From assembly GCF_039960695.1 (NCBI RefSeq), contig NZ_JBDVKP010000003.1, positions 6,010 through 70,009 on the forward strand: a stretch of 64,000 nucleotides of DNA, written 5' to 3'. Below, one piece after another: positions 41,489 through 49,061 of the stretch. The stretch is from Ekhidna sp. (GTDB lineage Bacteria; Bacteroidota; Bacteroidia; Cytophagales; Cyclobacteriaceae). Both the position numbers and the translations under genes were made by a program. Numbering within the stretch: position 1 is the stretch's first letter; each line of letters starts with the position of its first letter. The notes under the pieces were generated by a model, which was not told where the DNA came from, searched no databases, and saw only the letters and a list, made by a program, of their open reading frames with translations.

Positions 41489-42103
41489 TCAACTTTTTTT
41501 GGCTCTCTTATTTCTAATTCTGGATAAAAACTCTGTGGTCATTCCCAGGTAGGAAGCCAATGCGTACTGTGGTACACGCTGAACGAAGTTGGGAAAATTT
41601 GACAAAAAATTCTGGTAGCGTTCTTCAGCAGAATGGGTAAGATTAATAACGATTCTTCGGTGTTCGAAGGCAAGACCCTTTTCTGCCATTATTCTAAAAA
41701 AAGTTTCAAATTTATGGTTGACTTTTTTTAGCTCTTGCTCTTTGTTGAATTCAATTTGTAAGATCGTGCTGTCTTCTAATGCTACGATAAAAAGAGTTGA
41801 AGGATGTTGATAGATGTAACTATTGAAATCGGAGACCCACCAGTTTTCAATTGCAAATTGGAGTGTATGTTCTTGTCCGTCAGGCGCCAATGCATAGCTT
41901 CTGAAGGCACCTTTTACTACAAATACCCTGTGCTTGTTTGTGAAATTAGGTTGAACAATGAACTGCCTTTTTTTTACGTTGACTTCTTCAAAGTTTGATA
42001 CAAATTGTTTGGCTTCAATATCGTCTAGTGGAACAAATTTTTTCACATAGCTTATAAGCTGGTCTTTACTCATTATTCTATCTATTTGTTGTGATTGCGT
42101 CAC
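41489..42103 (-). CDS. Crp/Fnr-family transcriptional regulator
   Basis: It has a cNMP-binding-like N-domain and the C-terminal HTH QYALASYLGMTTEFLSRIR. The start is either the GTG at 42103 or the ATG at 42073. Confidence 0.75.
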   Translation of the reverse strand: MTQSQQIDRIMSKDQLISYVKKFVPLDDIEAKQFVSNFEEVNVKKRQFIVQPNFTNKHRVFVVKGAFRSYALAPDGQEHTLQFAIENWWVSDFNSYIYQHPSTLFIVALEDSTILQIEFNKEQELKKVNHKFETFFRIMAEKGLAFEHRRIVINLTHSAEERYQNFLSNFPNFVQRVPQYALASYLGMTTEFLSRIRNKRAKKS

Positions 42104-42201
42104 TGTGCAATTAGCAAGCTAAAGTCTGATCATAAACTTGCCGAGATAGCTCAATTTATCTACGTACCAAAGATACCTGAAGCAACGAGGTTTAAAAACA
42201 A

Positions 42202-42232
42202 AACCCCTCACCTGACTAGCAGATGAAGGGTT
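42202..42232 (-). terminator. candidate terminator of the suf gene string
   Basis: An imperfect 13-position stem (11 pairs) is followed on the minus strand by TTTTGTTTTT. Confidence 0.5.
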
Positions 42233-42256
42233 TTAACTAAAAGATTATTGCGTAAC

Positions 42257-42673
42257 CTAACAGAACTCAGCATACACTTGCTCGAGGTGATCAGCGATCA
42301 TCTCTGCAGATCTCCCTTCGATGTGATGTCTCTCTACCATATGAGCGAGCTCACCATCTTTGAACAGCGCAATCGCGGGAGAAGATGGAGGGAAGGGTAG
42401 TGTAAACTCACGTGCCTTCTGAGTTGCTTCAATATCAAATCCGGCAAACACTGTCGTAAGGTTGTCAGGCTTTTTATCAGATTTTTCAAGAGATAATAAT
42501 ACACCAGGTCGGCAGGTGCCAGCTGCACATCCACATACTGAGTTGATCACCAAAAGAGACGTTCCTTTGTGATCTGATAGGTGGCTTTCAACTGCATCAG
42601 CAGACGTCAATTCCTGAAATCCGTTTTGAGTAAGTTGAGCTTTCATCGGAGCTACTAATTCCGCAGGGTACAT
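42257..42673 (-). CDS. BrxA/BrxB-family bacilliredoxin (DUF1094)
   Basis: It carries the NSVCGCAAG redox motif and is 138 aa. Confidence 0.75.
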   Translation of the reverse strand: MYPAELVAPMKAQLTQNGFQELTSADAVESHLSDHKGTSLLVINSVCGCAAGTCRPGVLLSLEKSDKKPDNLTTVFAGFDIEATQKAREFTLPFPPSSPAIALFKDGELAHMVERHHIEGRSAEMIADHLEQVYAEFC

Positions 42674-42700
42674 ATTCGTTTTGTTTTTGTTTTTTACTTA

Positions 42701-43033
42701 TTACATAAAACCTAGCTCCAGCTTCGCCTCTTCAGACATCATGTCTGTAGCATAAGGTGGATCAAAGGTCAATTCTATATTCACATCGTTAACACCTTCC
42801 ACAGCCTTCACGTTCATTTCTATTTCGCTCGGAATACTTTCTGCCGCAGGACAAGAGGGTGAGGTCAGCGTCATCACAATCTCCACATTATTGATAGGGA
42901 GAATGTTGATTTCATAAATCAATCCAAGCTCGTAAACATCTACCGGAATCTCAGGGTCATAAACGCCTTTGATCGCACGGATGATGTCTTCCTTCAGTGC
43001 CAGTATATCGTTGTTTGATTTCGTTTCGCTCAT
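42701..43033 (-). CDS. SUF-associated Fe-S assembly protein (DUF59/SufT-like)
   Basis: It has DPEIPVDVYELGLIY and ...LTSPSCPAAE, and lies in the suf cluster. Confidence 0.8.
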   Translation of the reverse strand: MSETKSNNDILALKEDIIRAIKGVYDPEIPVDVYELGLIYEINILPINNVEIVMTLTSPSCPAAESIPSEIEMNVKAVEGVNDVNIELTFDPPYATDMMSEEAKLELGFM

Positions 43034-43461
43034 GATTCTTGTTTTGCTGTAAGCGCCAGCGCATACATTTTCATCTGCTTGATCATCGCTGCAAATCCAT
43101 TAGATCGCTGTGTTCCGATGAATCGATCCATTCCTATCTGCTTTGGAAAGTAGATCTCTGCATTCATAACATCTTGCGGCGGCGATTGATTCAACGTTCG
43201 CACCAATAAACTCACCAGACCTTTAGTGATGGCTGTATTTGAATCTGCCTTGAACTGTACTCGCTCGTTGTCGAGTTCGGCAATCATCCAGACTTTGGAT
43301 TGACAACCTTTGACAATATTGTCTTCTATGCGTGCTTCTTCCGGAAGCTCACTCAATTCGGCACCCAGCTCCATGATGTAATCCAGCGTCATTTCCATGT
43401 CGCCATCCAGCATGGCAAACTCTTCTATAATCTCCTCCTGACGTTTTTTGATTAAGTCCAT
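43030..43461 (-). CDS. sufE: cysteine desulfuration protein SufE
   Basis: It carries the GCQSKVW active-site context. An ATGA overlap links it to the next gene. Confidence 0.85.
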   Translation of the reverse strand: MDLIKKRQEEIIEEFAMLDGDMEMTLDYIMELGAELSELPEEARIEDNIVKGCQSKVWMIAELDNERVQFKADSNTAITKGLVSLLVRTLNQSPPQDVMNAEIYFPKQIGMDRFIGTQRSNGFAAMIKQMKMYALALTAKQES

Positions 43462-44699
43462 TAGTTGAAACGAGCTACAATTTTCTGCAAAGATTCACAG
43501 AAAACATCAATTTCTTCTTTAGTGCTGTAAACCGCAAACGAGGCACGCACAGTTCCATCTATCTCGAGGAAGTCCATCAGAGGTTGTGTGCAGTGATGTC
43601 CTGTTCGCACAGCTATCCCTTTCGCATCTAGCAACTGTCCCAAATCATATGGATGTACATTCCTAATCAGAAAGGAAATTACACTTGTTTTTTTATCTGC
43701 TGTTCCAATGGGCGTGAAGCCAGGAATGGATTTTAGCTTGCTGTTGGCATATTCGAGTAATTCGTGCTCATACGCTTGAATGTTTTCATGCCCAATTTCA
43801 TCGATGAAGTCCATTGCGAACTTGAATGCGATCACCTCGCCAATGTTAGGTGTACCAGCTTCAAACTTGTAAGGAATATCATTGAAAGTGGTGCCGTTGA
43901 AAGAGACGTCTTTGATCATTTCACCACCTCCCTGGTAGGGTGGGATGACTTCTAAAAGATCTCTGCGCCCATACAGTACTCCGACACCTGTTGGGCCGTA
44001 CATCTTATGACTCGAAAGTGCCAGAAAATCGCAGTTTAGATCTTGAACGTCTATTTTGATATGTGGAGCAGCTTGTGCAGCATCTATCATAGTGATGGCT
44101 CCCTGCGCAATAGCTAGCTCTATGATTTCTTTCACAGGATTGATGGTGCCTAAGGAATTAGAGACATAGTTGACAGCTACAAGCTTGGTCTTTCGATTCA
44201 AGAGTTTCTTATACGCGTCCAAAAGTATCTCACCTTTTTCATTGATAGGGATTACTTTAATGATGGCTCCCGTTCGTTCGGCTGCCAACTGCCAAGGCAC
44301 AATATTGGAGTGATGCTCTAGTTGCGAAATTAAGATTTCATCTCCTTTCTTAAGAAATTTCGAACCCCACGATTGAGCGACTAAGTTGATGCTTTCGGTT
44401 GTTCCTTTGGTAAAGATGATTTCATCAGCTTCTTCCGAATTAATGAATTGATGTACTCTTTCACGTGTCTCTTCAAATCCCTTTGTAGATCGCTCTGCCA
44501 GGGTATGAATGCCTCTATGAATATTTGCGTGATCCTTTTCGTAAAACTTAATCAGCGCATCTACTACACTTTTCGCAGTTTGGGAAGTGGCAGCATTATC
44601 AAAATAGATCAAAGGCTTTCCATTCACCTCCTGATTGAGAACAGGGAATTGTGCTCTGATTTTTTTAATATCTATGGCTGTGGTGGTAGAATTAGACAT
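43461..44699 (-). CDS. sufS: cysteine desulfurase SufS
   Basis: It has SSHKMYGPTGVGVLYG (PLP Lys) and RTGHHCTQP (active-site Cys). Confidence 0.93.
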   Translation of the reverse strand: MSNSTTTAIDIKKIRAQFPVLNQEVNGKPLIYFDNAATSQTAKSVVDALIKFYEKDHANIHRGIHTLAERSTKGFEETRERVHQFINSEEADEIIFTKGTTESINLVAQSWGSKFLKKGDEILISQLEHHSNIVPWQLAAERTGAIIKVIPINEKGEILLDAYKKLLNRKTKLVAVNYVSNSLGTINPVKEIIELAIAQGAITMIDAAQAAPHIKIDVQDLNCDFLALSSHKMYGPTGVGVLYGRRDLLEVIPPYQGGGEMIKDVSFNGTTFNDIPYKFEAGTPNIGEVIAFKFAMDFIDEIGHENIQAYEHELLEYANSKLKSIPGFTPIGTADKKTSVISFLIRNVHPYDLGQLLDAKGIAVRTGHHCTQPLMDFLEIDGTVRASFAVYSTKEEIDVFCESLQKIVARFN

Positions 44700-45880
44700 T
44701 ACATCAGTTTTTTATCAATCAAAGATTGAATTTCATTTCTTACTGATTCAACCTTTACATATTCCATTGTTTCCGAAGCAAATGCATTCAATATCATTGC
44801 TTTGGCACTTTTTTCGTTTATTCCTCGAGCCCTTAAATAGAAGATGGCATCTTCATCCAGCTGACCAGAGGTACATCCATGCGAGCATTTTACATCATCA
44901 GCCCAAATCTCCAATTGAGGCTTGGTGTGCAAAGTGGCATCTTCAGAAAGTAGGATATTATTGTTGGATTGGAACGCATTGGTTTTCTGCGCATCCTGTC
45001 TTACGTAGATTTTTCCATTGAAAACGCCAGTCGACTTTTCATCAAGGATTCCTTTATATAACTCATTGCTGTACGAGTTAGGCTTCAGATGATCTACAGA
45101 AGTATTATTATCGACGTGCGATTTCTTATCCAATAGGAACAGCCCATACATGTGACCCTCGCAGTTTTCGTCTGCTAGATTAATTGTCAGGTTGTTTCTT
45201 ACCATAGCACCTTCGAAAGAGAAGGTATTGTTATAGAAATGTGAATCTCTGGATACACTGGCTACTACTGTCTCATGACTAAATGTCTCTGCATTATAGT
45301 TTTGCACTTTGGTGTGATAACCAAATGCATTCTTGCCTACCGTAAATTCAATGTATGAATTGGTAAATGTCTTTTTTTCTTCGGGAGTAATTAGCTTTTC
45401 AACTATTCGAAATGTGTGGCCATCTTTCACATTCACCTTGATGCGAGGGTTAGATATGCCGTTTGTGTTGAAGTGGTAAATAAATACAGGATCTTCATAA
45501 CCAGATTCAATACTCACTTCCTCTTGAGCGTAGGCTGTATTTAATAAGCTGAACGGATCATGCAAGCCTTCCGTGACTGCTCTAATCTCCAATTTAAGCT
45601 TTGGTGAAATGTTTGAGTCCTTATTTGAAAGCACACCATTGATGAAAACCAGATGACTTCCATCTTCTTTATAAAGTTTACTAGTATCAACTTTACTTTC
45701 TTCTTTTGACTCAAATGAAACATTCTTTTCGAGTATTGAAGTGATGGATGTAAACTTATAAGCTTCAGATTTTTTGTGAGGCAATCCGATCTCATTGAGC
45801 ATCTTCAAAGCATCTTTCTGTGCTTGATTGCCGTGAGACAGATCCGTAAGGCTTGATAGTAACGTTGATTCGATCATCAT
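44699..45880 (-). CDS. sufD: Fe-S cluster assembly protein SufD
   Basis: It has SufD-type beta-helix C-terminal motifs (LSEDATLHTKPQLEIWADDVKCSHG). The ATG at 45880 forms an ATGA overlap with the sufC stop. I prefer it to the track start at 45907. Confidence 0.88.
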   Translation of the reverse strand: MMIESTLLSSLTDLSHGNQAQKDALKMLNEIGLPHKKSEAYKFTSITSILEKNVSFESKEESKVDTSKLYKEDGSHLVFINGVLSNKDSNISPKLKLEIRAVTEGLHDPFSLLNTAYAQEEVSIESGYEDPVFIYHFNTNGISNPRIKVNVKDGHTFRIVEKLITPEEKKTFTNSYIEFTVGKNAFGYHTKVQNYNAETFSHETVVASVSRDSHFYNNTFSFEGAMVRNNLTINLADENCEGHMYGLFLLDKKSHVDNNTSVDHLKPNSYSNELYKGILDEKSTGVFNGKIYVRQDAQKTNAFQSNNNILLSEDATLHTKPQLEIWADDVKCSHGCTSGQLDEDAIFYLRARGINEKSAKAMILNAFASETMEYVKVESVRNEIQSLIDKKLM

Positions 45881-46632
45881 ACTGTAGCAAGCTCTTCTTT
45901 GATCCAATCGTACCCTTTTTCTTCCAGCTCGAGTGCGAGACTTTTATCGCCAGACTTCACGATCCTACCTTTATAAAGTACATGCACATAATCTGGCACG
46001 ATATAATCCAATAAACGCTGGTAATGCGTCACGACGATGGTTGCGGTTTTGTCGGTCTTTAATGTATTCACGCCATCCGCCACTATTTTCAACGCATCAA
46101 TATCAAGTCCGGAATCAGTCTCATCCAAAATGGAGAGCTTTGGTTCAAGCATTGCCATCTGGAAGATTTCATTTCGCTTCTTTTCGCCACCGGAGAAGCC
46201 TTCATTTAGCGAACGGCTCAAAAGCGCTTGATCGATATCAACGAGCTTCATTTTCTCTTTCATCAGCTTAAGGAAGTGCACAGCATCTAGCGCTTTCTCA
46301 CCTCTCGCCTCCTTCACTTGATTAATGGCTGTCTTTAAAAAGTTTGTAGTTGATACACCCGGAATTTCAACAGGATATTGAAATGCAAGGAAGATCCCTT
46401 TTTGGGCACGTTCCTCAGGACTCAACGCTAATAGATTTTCATTTTCAAATGTGACAGACCCGCTTGTTACGTTGTAATCTTCTCTGCCTGCAAGTACAGA
46501 GGCTAGCGTACTCTTACCGGAACCATTTGGGCCCATTATGGCATGTACTTCGCCAGCTTTAACTTCCAGGTTGATACCCTTCAATATTTCCTTGTCCTCG
46601 ATTGAGGCGTGTAAATTTTTAATACTTATCAT
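45877..46632 (-). CDS. sufC: Fe-S cluster assembly ATPase SufC
   Basis: It has Walker A (GPNGSGKST), the ABC signature (FSGGEKKR) and Walker B (LSILDETDSGLD). Confidence 0.95.
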   Translation of the reverse strand: MISIKNLHASIEDKEILKGINLEVKAGEVHAIMGPNGSGKSTLASVLAGREDYNVTSGSVTFENENLLALSPEERAQKGIFLAFQYPVEIPGVSTTNFLKTAINQVKEARGEKALDAVHFLKLMKEKMKLVDIDQALLSRSLNEGFSGGEKKRNEIFQMAMLEPKLSILDETDSGLDIDALKIVADGVNTLKTDKTATIVVTHYQRLLDYIVPDYVHVLYKGRIVKSGDKSLALELEEKGYDWIKEELATV

Positions 46633-46649
46633 ACGTGTATTGAATTGTC

Positions 46650-48095
46650 TTATCCGACGCTACCTTCAAGTGTAAGCGCTAATAGTTTTTGTGCTTCTAC
46701 AGCAAATTCCATAGGTAGCTTGTTCATTACTTCTTTCGCAAAGCCGTTGACGATCAGTGCCACAGCTGTTTCTTCATCTATTCCTCTTTGTTGACAGTAG
46801 AAGATTTGATCTTCACCAATCTTAGAAGTTGTTGCTTCATGCTCTATTTGAGCAGATTTGTTTTTTATATCAATGTATGGGAAGGTGTGTGCACCACACT
46901 TATCTCCCATCAGAAGTGAGTCGCATTGTGAGAAATTTCGCGCATTTTCTGCTCGCTTCATCACCTCTACCTGTCCACGATAGCTGTTTTGAGATTTTCC
47001 TGCTGAAATTCCTTTTGACACAATGCGAGATCGCGTGTTTTTTCCCAGATGAACCATTTTGGTTCCTGTATCCGCTTGCTGGTAGTTGTTGGTTACTGCA
47101 ACGGAATAAAATTCACCCACCGAGTGGTCACCTTTCAAAATACAGGAAGGATATTTCCAAGTCACAGCCGAACCGGTTTCTACCTGCGTCCATGAGATTT
47201 TAGAGTGATCTCCTGAGCATATGCCTCGCTTTGTTACAAAATTGAAAATTCCTCCTTTTCCGTTCTTATCGCCAGGGTACCAGTTTTGAACGGTGGAGTA
47301 TTTTACTTCTGCATTTTTTGCTGCGTAAATTTCCACTACCGCGGCATGCAGTTGATTTTCATCTCGTTGAGGAGCAGTACAGCCTTCGAGGTAGCTCACG
47401 TAGCTATCATCGTCAGCTACAATAAGTGTTCTCTCAAACTGTCCCGTGTTAGCGGCATTAATTCTGAAGTAGGTGGAAAGCTCCATTGGGCACCTTACAC
47501 CTTTTGGGATGTAGCAGAACGATCCATCGGAAAAAACGGCGGAGTTTAATGCTGCAAAGTAGTTGTCATTTGCAGGTACAACTGAGCCTAAATATTTTTT
47601 TATTAATTCCGGATGTTCTTGGACAGCCTCACTAAATGAGCAGAAGATTACACCAAGTTCGGATAATTTTTCCTTGAAAGTGGTAGCTACAGAAACGGAA
47701 TCAATCACTGCATCAACAGCTACTCCTGTAAGCCTTTTTTGTTCCTGGAGGGAGATTCCAAGACGTTCGAATGTTTTAAGCAACTCCGGGTCTACCTCAT
47801 CAAGATTCTTCGGCTTCTTATCTTGCTTAGGAGCAGAATAGTACCTGATGGCTTGATAATCAATCTTGGGATAGTTGATGTTTGCCCAATTGGGCTCTTT
47901 CATCTGCTTCCATTGAGCAAATGCCTTAAGACGCCAGTCAAGTAGCCATTGTGGTTCTTCTTTTTTAGCTGAAATGAAACGAACAATATCTTCATTGATT
48001 CCCAAAGGAGCCTCGTCTGCTTCAAAATCAACAGACCAACCATGCTCGTATTCTTTGGAGGTAAATTCTTCTAATATTTGATCGTCAGTGCTCAT
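46650..48095 (-). CDS. sufB: Fe-S cluster assembly scaffold SufB
   Basis: It is 481 aa with highly conserved SufB blocks ([26 protein letters not shown]). Confidence 0.95.
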   Translation of the reverse strand: MSTDDQILEEFTSKEYEHGWSVDFEADEAPLGINEDIVRFISAKKEEPQWLLDWRLKAFAQWKQMKEPNWANINYPKIDYQAIRYYSAPKQDKKPKNLDEVDPELLKTFERLGISLQEQKRLTGVAVDAVIDSVSVATTFKEKLSELGVIFCSFSEAVQEHPELIKKYLGSVVPANDNYFAALNSAVFSDGSFCYIPKGVRCPMELSTYFRINAANTGQFERTLIVADDDSYVSYLEGCTAPQRDENQLHAAVVEIYAAKNAEVKYSTVQNWYPGDKNGKGGIFNFVTKRGICSGDHSKISWTQVETGSAVTWKYPSCILKGDHSVGEFYSVAVTNNYQQADTGTKMVHLGKNTRSRIVSKGISAGKSQNSYRGQVEVMKRAENARNFSQCDSLLMGDKCGAHTFPYIDIKNKSAQIEHEATTSKIGEDQIFYCQQRGIDEETAVALIVNGFAKEVMNKLPMEFAVEAQKLLALTLEGSVG

Positions 48096-48195
48096 CTAAA
48101 ATACTTCGTTTCGGAGTGCAAAGGTACACCTTATTTATAGTAATTCTAAATAAGAACAAGGAAGATGGAAGAAGGTTCAGTGCTAAACACTTTTT

Positions 48196-48657
48196 CTAAA
48201 ATACGAGGTGTTTATTTACACTCTCTTCGAGTGAAATAAATGTCTCGGTACTCTCAATACCGTCTACTTTTTGAATTTTGTCATGCAATACATCCTTGAG
48301 GTGTGAAGTTCCTTTGCAATAGATTTTGCAGAAGATATTGTAGTTGCCAGTCGTATATCTGATGGTAGCTATTTCAGGAATTTCTTTTAGTTCGGATACT
48401 ACTCTATCATATAGCGAACTTTTCTCCAGGTAGATGCCTAAAAAGCATGTGATGTCATATCCCAGCTTTTCGTAATCAATTTTCAATGTGGTTCCTTTTA
48501 CAATGCCCATGTCTTCTAACTTTTTCATTCTGACGTGAACAGTCCCACCAGACACAAACACTTTTTTGGCAACCTCGGTATATGGCATCTTAGCATCCTC
48601 TGAGAGGATGTTTAAGATTTTAAGATCCACATTATCAATCTCATAATTTTTACTCAT
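48196..48657 (-). CDS. Lrp/AsnC-family transcriptional regulator
   Basis: It has an N-terminal HTH (LDNVDLKILNILSEDAKMPYTEVAKKVFVSGGTVHVRMKKLE) and a RAM/ACT-like C-domain. Confidence 0.88.
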   Translation of the reverse strand: MSKNYEIDNVDLKILNILSEDAKMPYTEVAKKVFVSGGTVHVRMKKLEDMGIVKGTTLKIDYEKLGYDITCFLGIYLEKSSLYDRVVSELKEIPEIATIRYTTGNYNIFCKIYCKGTSHLKDVLHDKIQKVDGIESTETFISLEESVNKHLVF

Positions 48658-48681
48658 ATATCACTTATTGATTTTGAAAAT

Positions 48682-48707
48682 TTCAATTTAAAACGTTTTA
48701 AATTGAA
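48682..48707. promoter_or_regulatory. perfect 26-nt AT-rich palindrome, a candidate operator in the lrp / tRNA-like divergent region
   Basis: TTCAATTTAAAAC|GTTTTAAATTGAA lies 25-50 nt upstream of the lrp start. Two more TTGAA..TTCAA inverted repeats flank it at 48674-48686 and 48731-48751. Confidence 0.45.
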
Positions 48708-48765
48708 TTAAATGTATTTATTCATGTAATTTATTGAATTATTTTCAATAAAAACATCATTATGC

Positions 48766-48773
48766 TACATTTG
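48766..48773 (+). promoter_or_regulatory. candidate -7 promoter box for the tRNA-like gene
   Basis: TACATTTG matches TAnnTTTG and ends 16 nt upstream of the acceptor 5' end. Confidence 0.4.
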
Positions 48774-48788
48774 AACCATCAAACATAC

Positions 48789-48935
48789 TGTAGAGTGGTG
48801 AAACTGGCAGACATGCCCTCCTCTCTCGGGGGTGGAGATAAGGGATAAATCCCGGTAAGTTCTCTCTCGGTCATGAACCGGGAGAGAACGTCTGGGACTA
48901 ACTGCTCCGTGGAGGTTCGAATCCTCCCTCTACAG
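48789..48935 (+). tRNA. atypical ~147-nt tRNA-like gene with a class-II body, a nominal CUC anticodon loop and a ~78-nt rod-like variable region
   Basis: The acceptor helix pairs 48789-95 with 48928-34, and U8 is present. The D-arm is GTG-AAACTGGCAGA-CAT (Leu/Ser-like). The anticodon stem CCCTC/GGGGG closes the loop CTCTCTC. The T-arm is GGAGG-TTCGAAT-CCTCC and the discriminator is G. The variable region contains a perfect 13-bp hairpin (48859-48889). No CCA is encoded. Confidence 0.6.
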
Positions 48936-48961
48936 CTTTGGGTTAATGTTGTTTATTTTAA

Positions 48962-48991
48962 GGTCTTGGTAGGGGTGCCAAGGCCTTTTTT
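48962..48991 (+). terminator. rho-independent terminator after the tRNA-like gene
   Basis: An 8-bp stem GGTCTTGG/CCAAGGCC (one G-U pair) closes an 8-nt loop and is followed by a T6 run. Confidence 0.75.
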
Positions 48992-49061
48992 ATTGACTAA
49001 TCCTTTTTCAGTAAAGAGCATACCTTATCTTTATCAGCTTTATAAATCAACAAGCCTTAAT

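Noticed and set aside
45881-45907. Longer SufD start that overlaps sufC by 31 nt.
   Set aside because: The ATG at 45880 forms the ATGA stop/start junction used repeatedly in this cluster.
48819-48871. Direct repeat CTCTCTCGG (48821-48829 and 48862-48870) as a target-site duplication of an inserted element.
   Set aside because: Deleting the interval between the copies does not restore a canonical anticodon arm or a normal-length tRNA. The second copy is simply one arm of the 13-bp hairpin.
48789-48935. Conventional explanations for the long tRNA-like RNA: tRNA-Sec, tmRNA, or a tRNA with a group I intron.
   Set aside because: For tRNA-Sec there is no UCA anticodon and no 6-bp D-stem. The RNA is far too short for tmRNA, and it has a D-arm and no tag ORF. 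Seventy-eight extra nucleotides is far below group I intron size, and they sit in the variable region rather than the anticodon loop.
48873-49061. Track ORF start at 48873, which gives a 625-aa FadD with a 63-aa N-terminal extension.
   Set aside because: The extension is translated through the T-arm of the tRNA-like gene and its stem-loop/T6 terminator. FadD homology begins at MKKQPWHASYPDG (ATG 49062).
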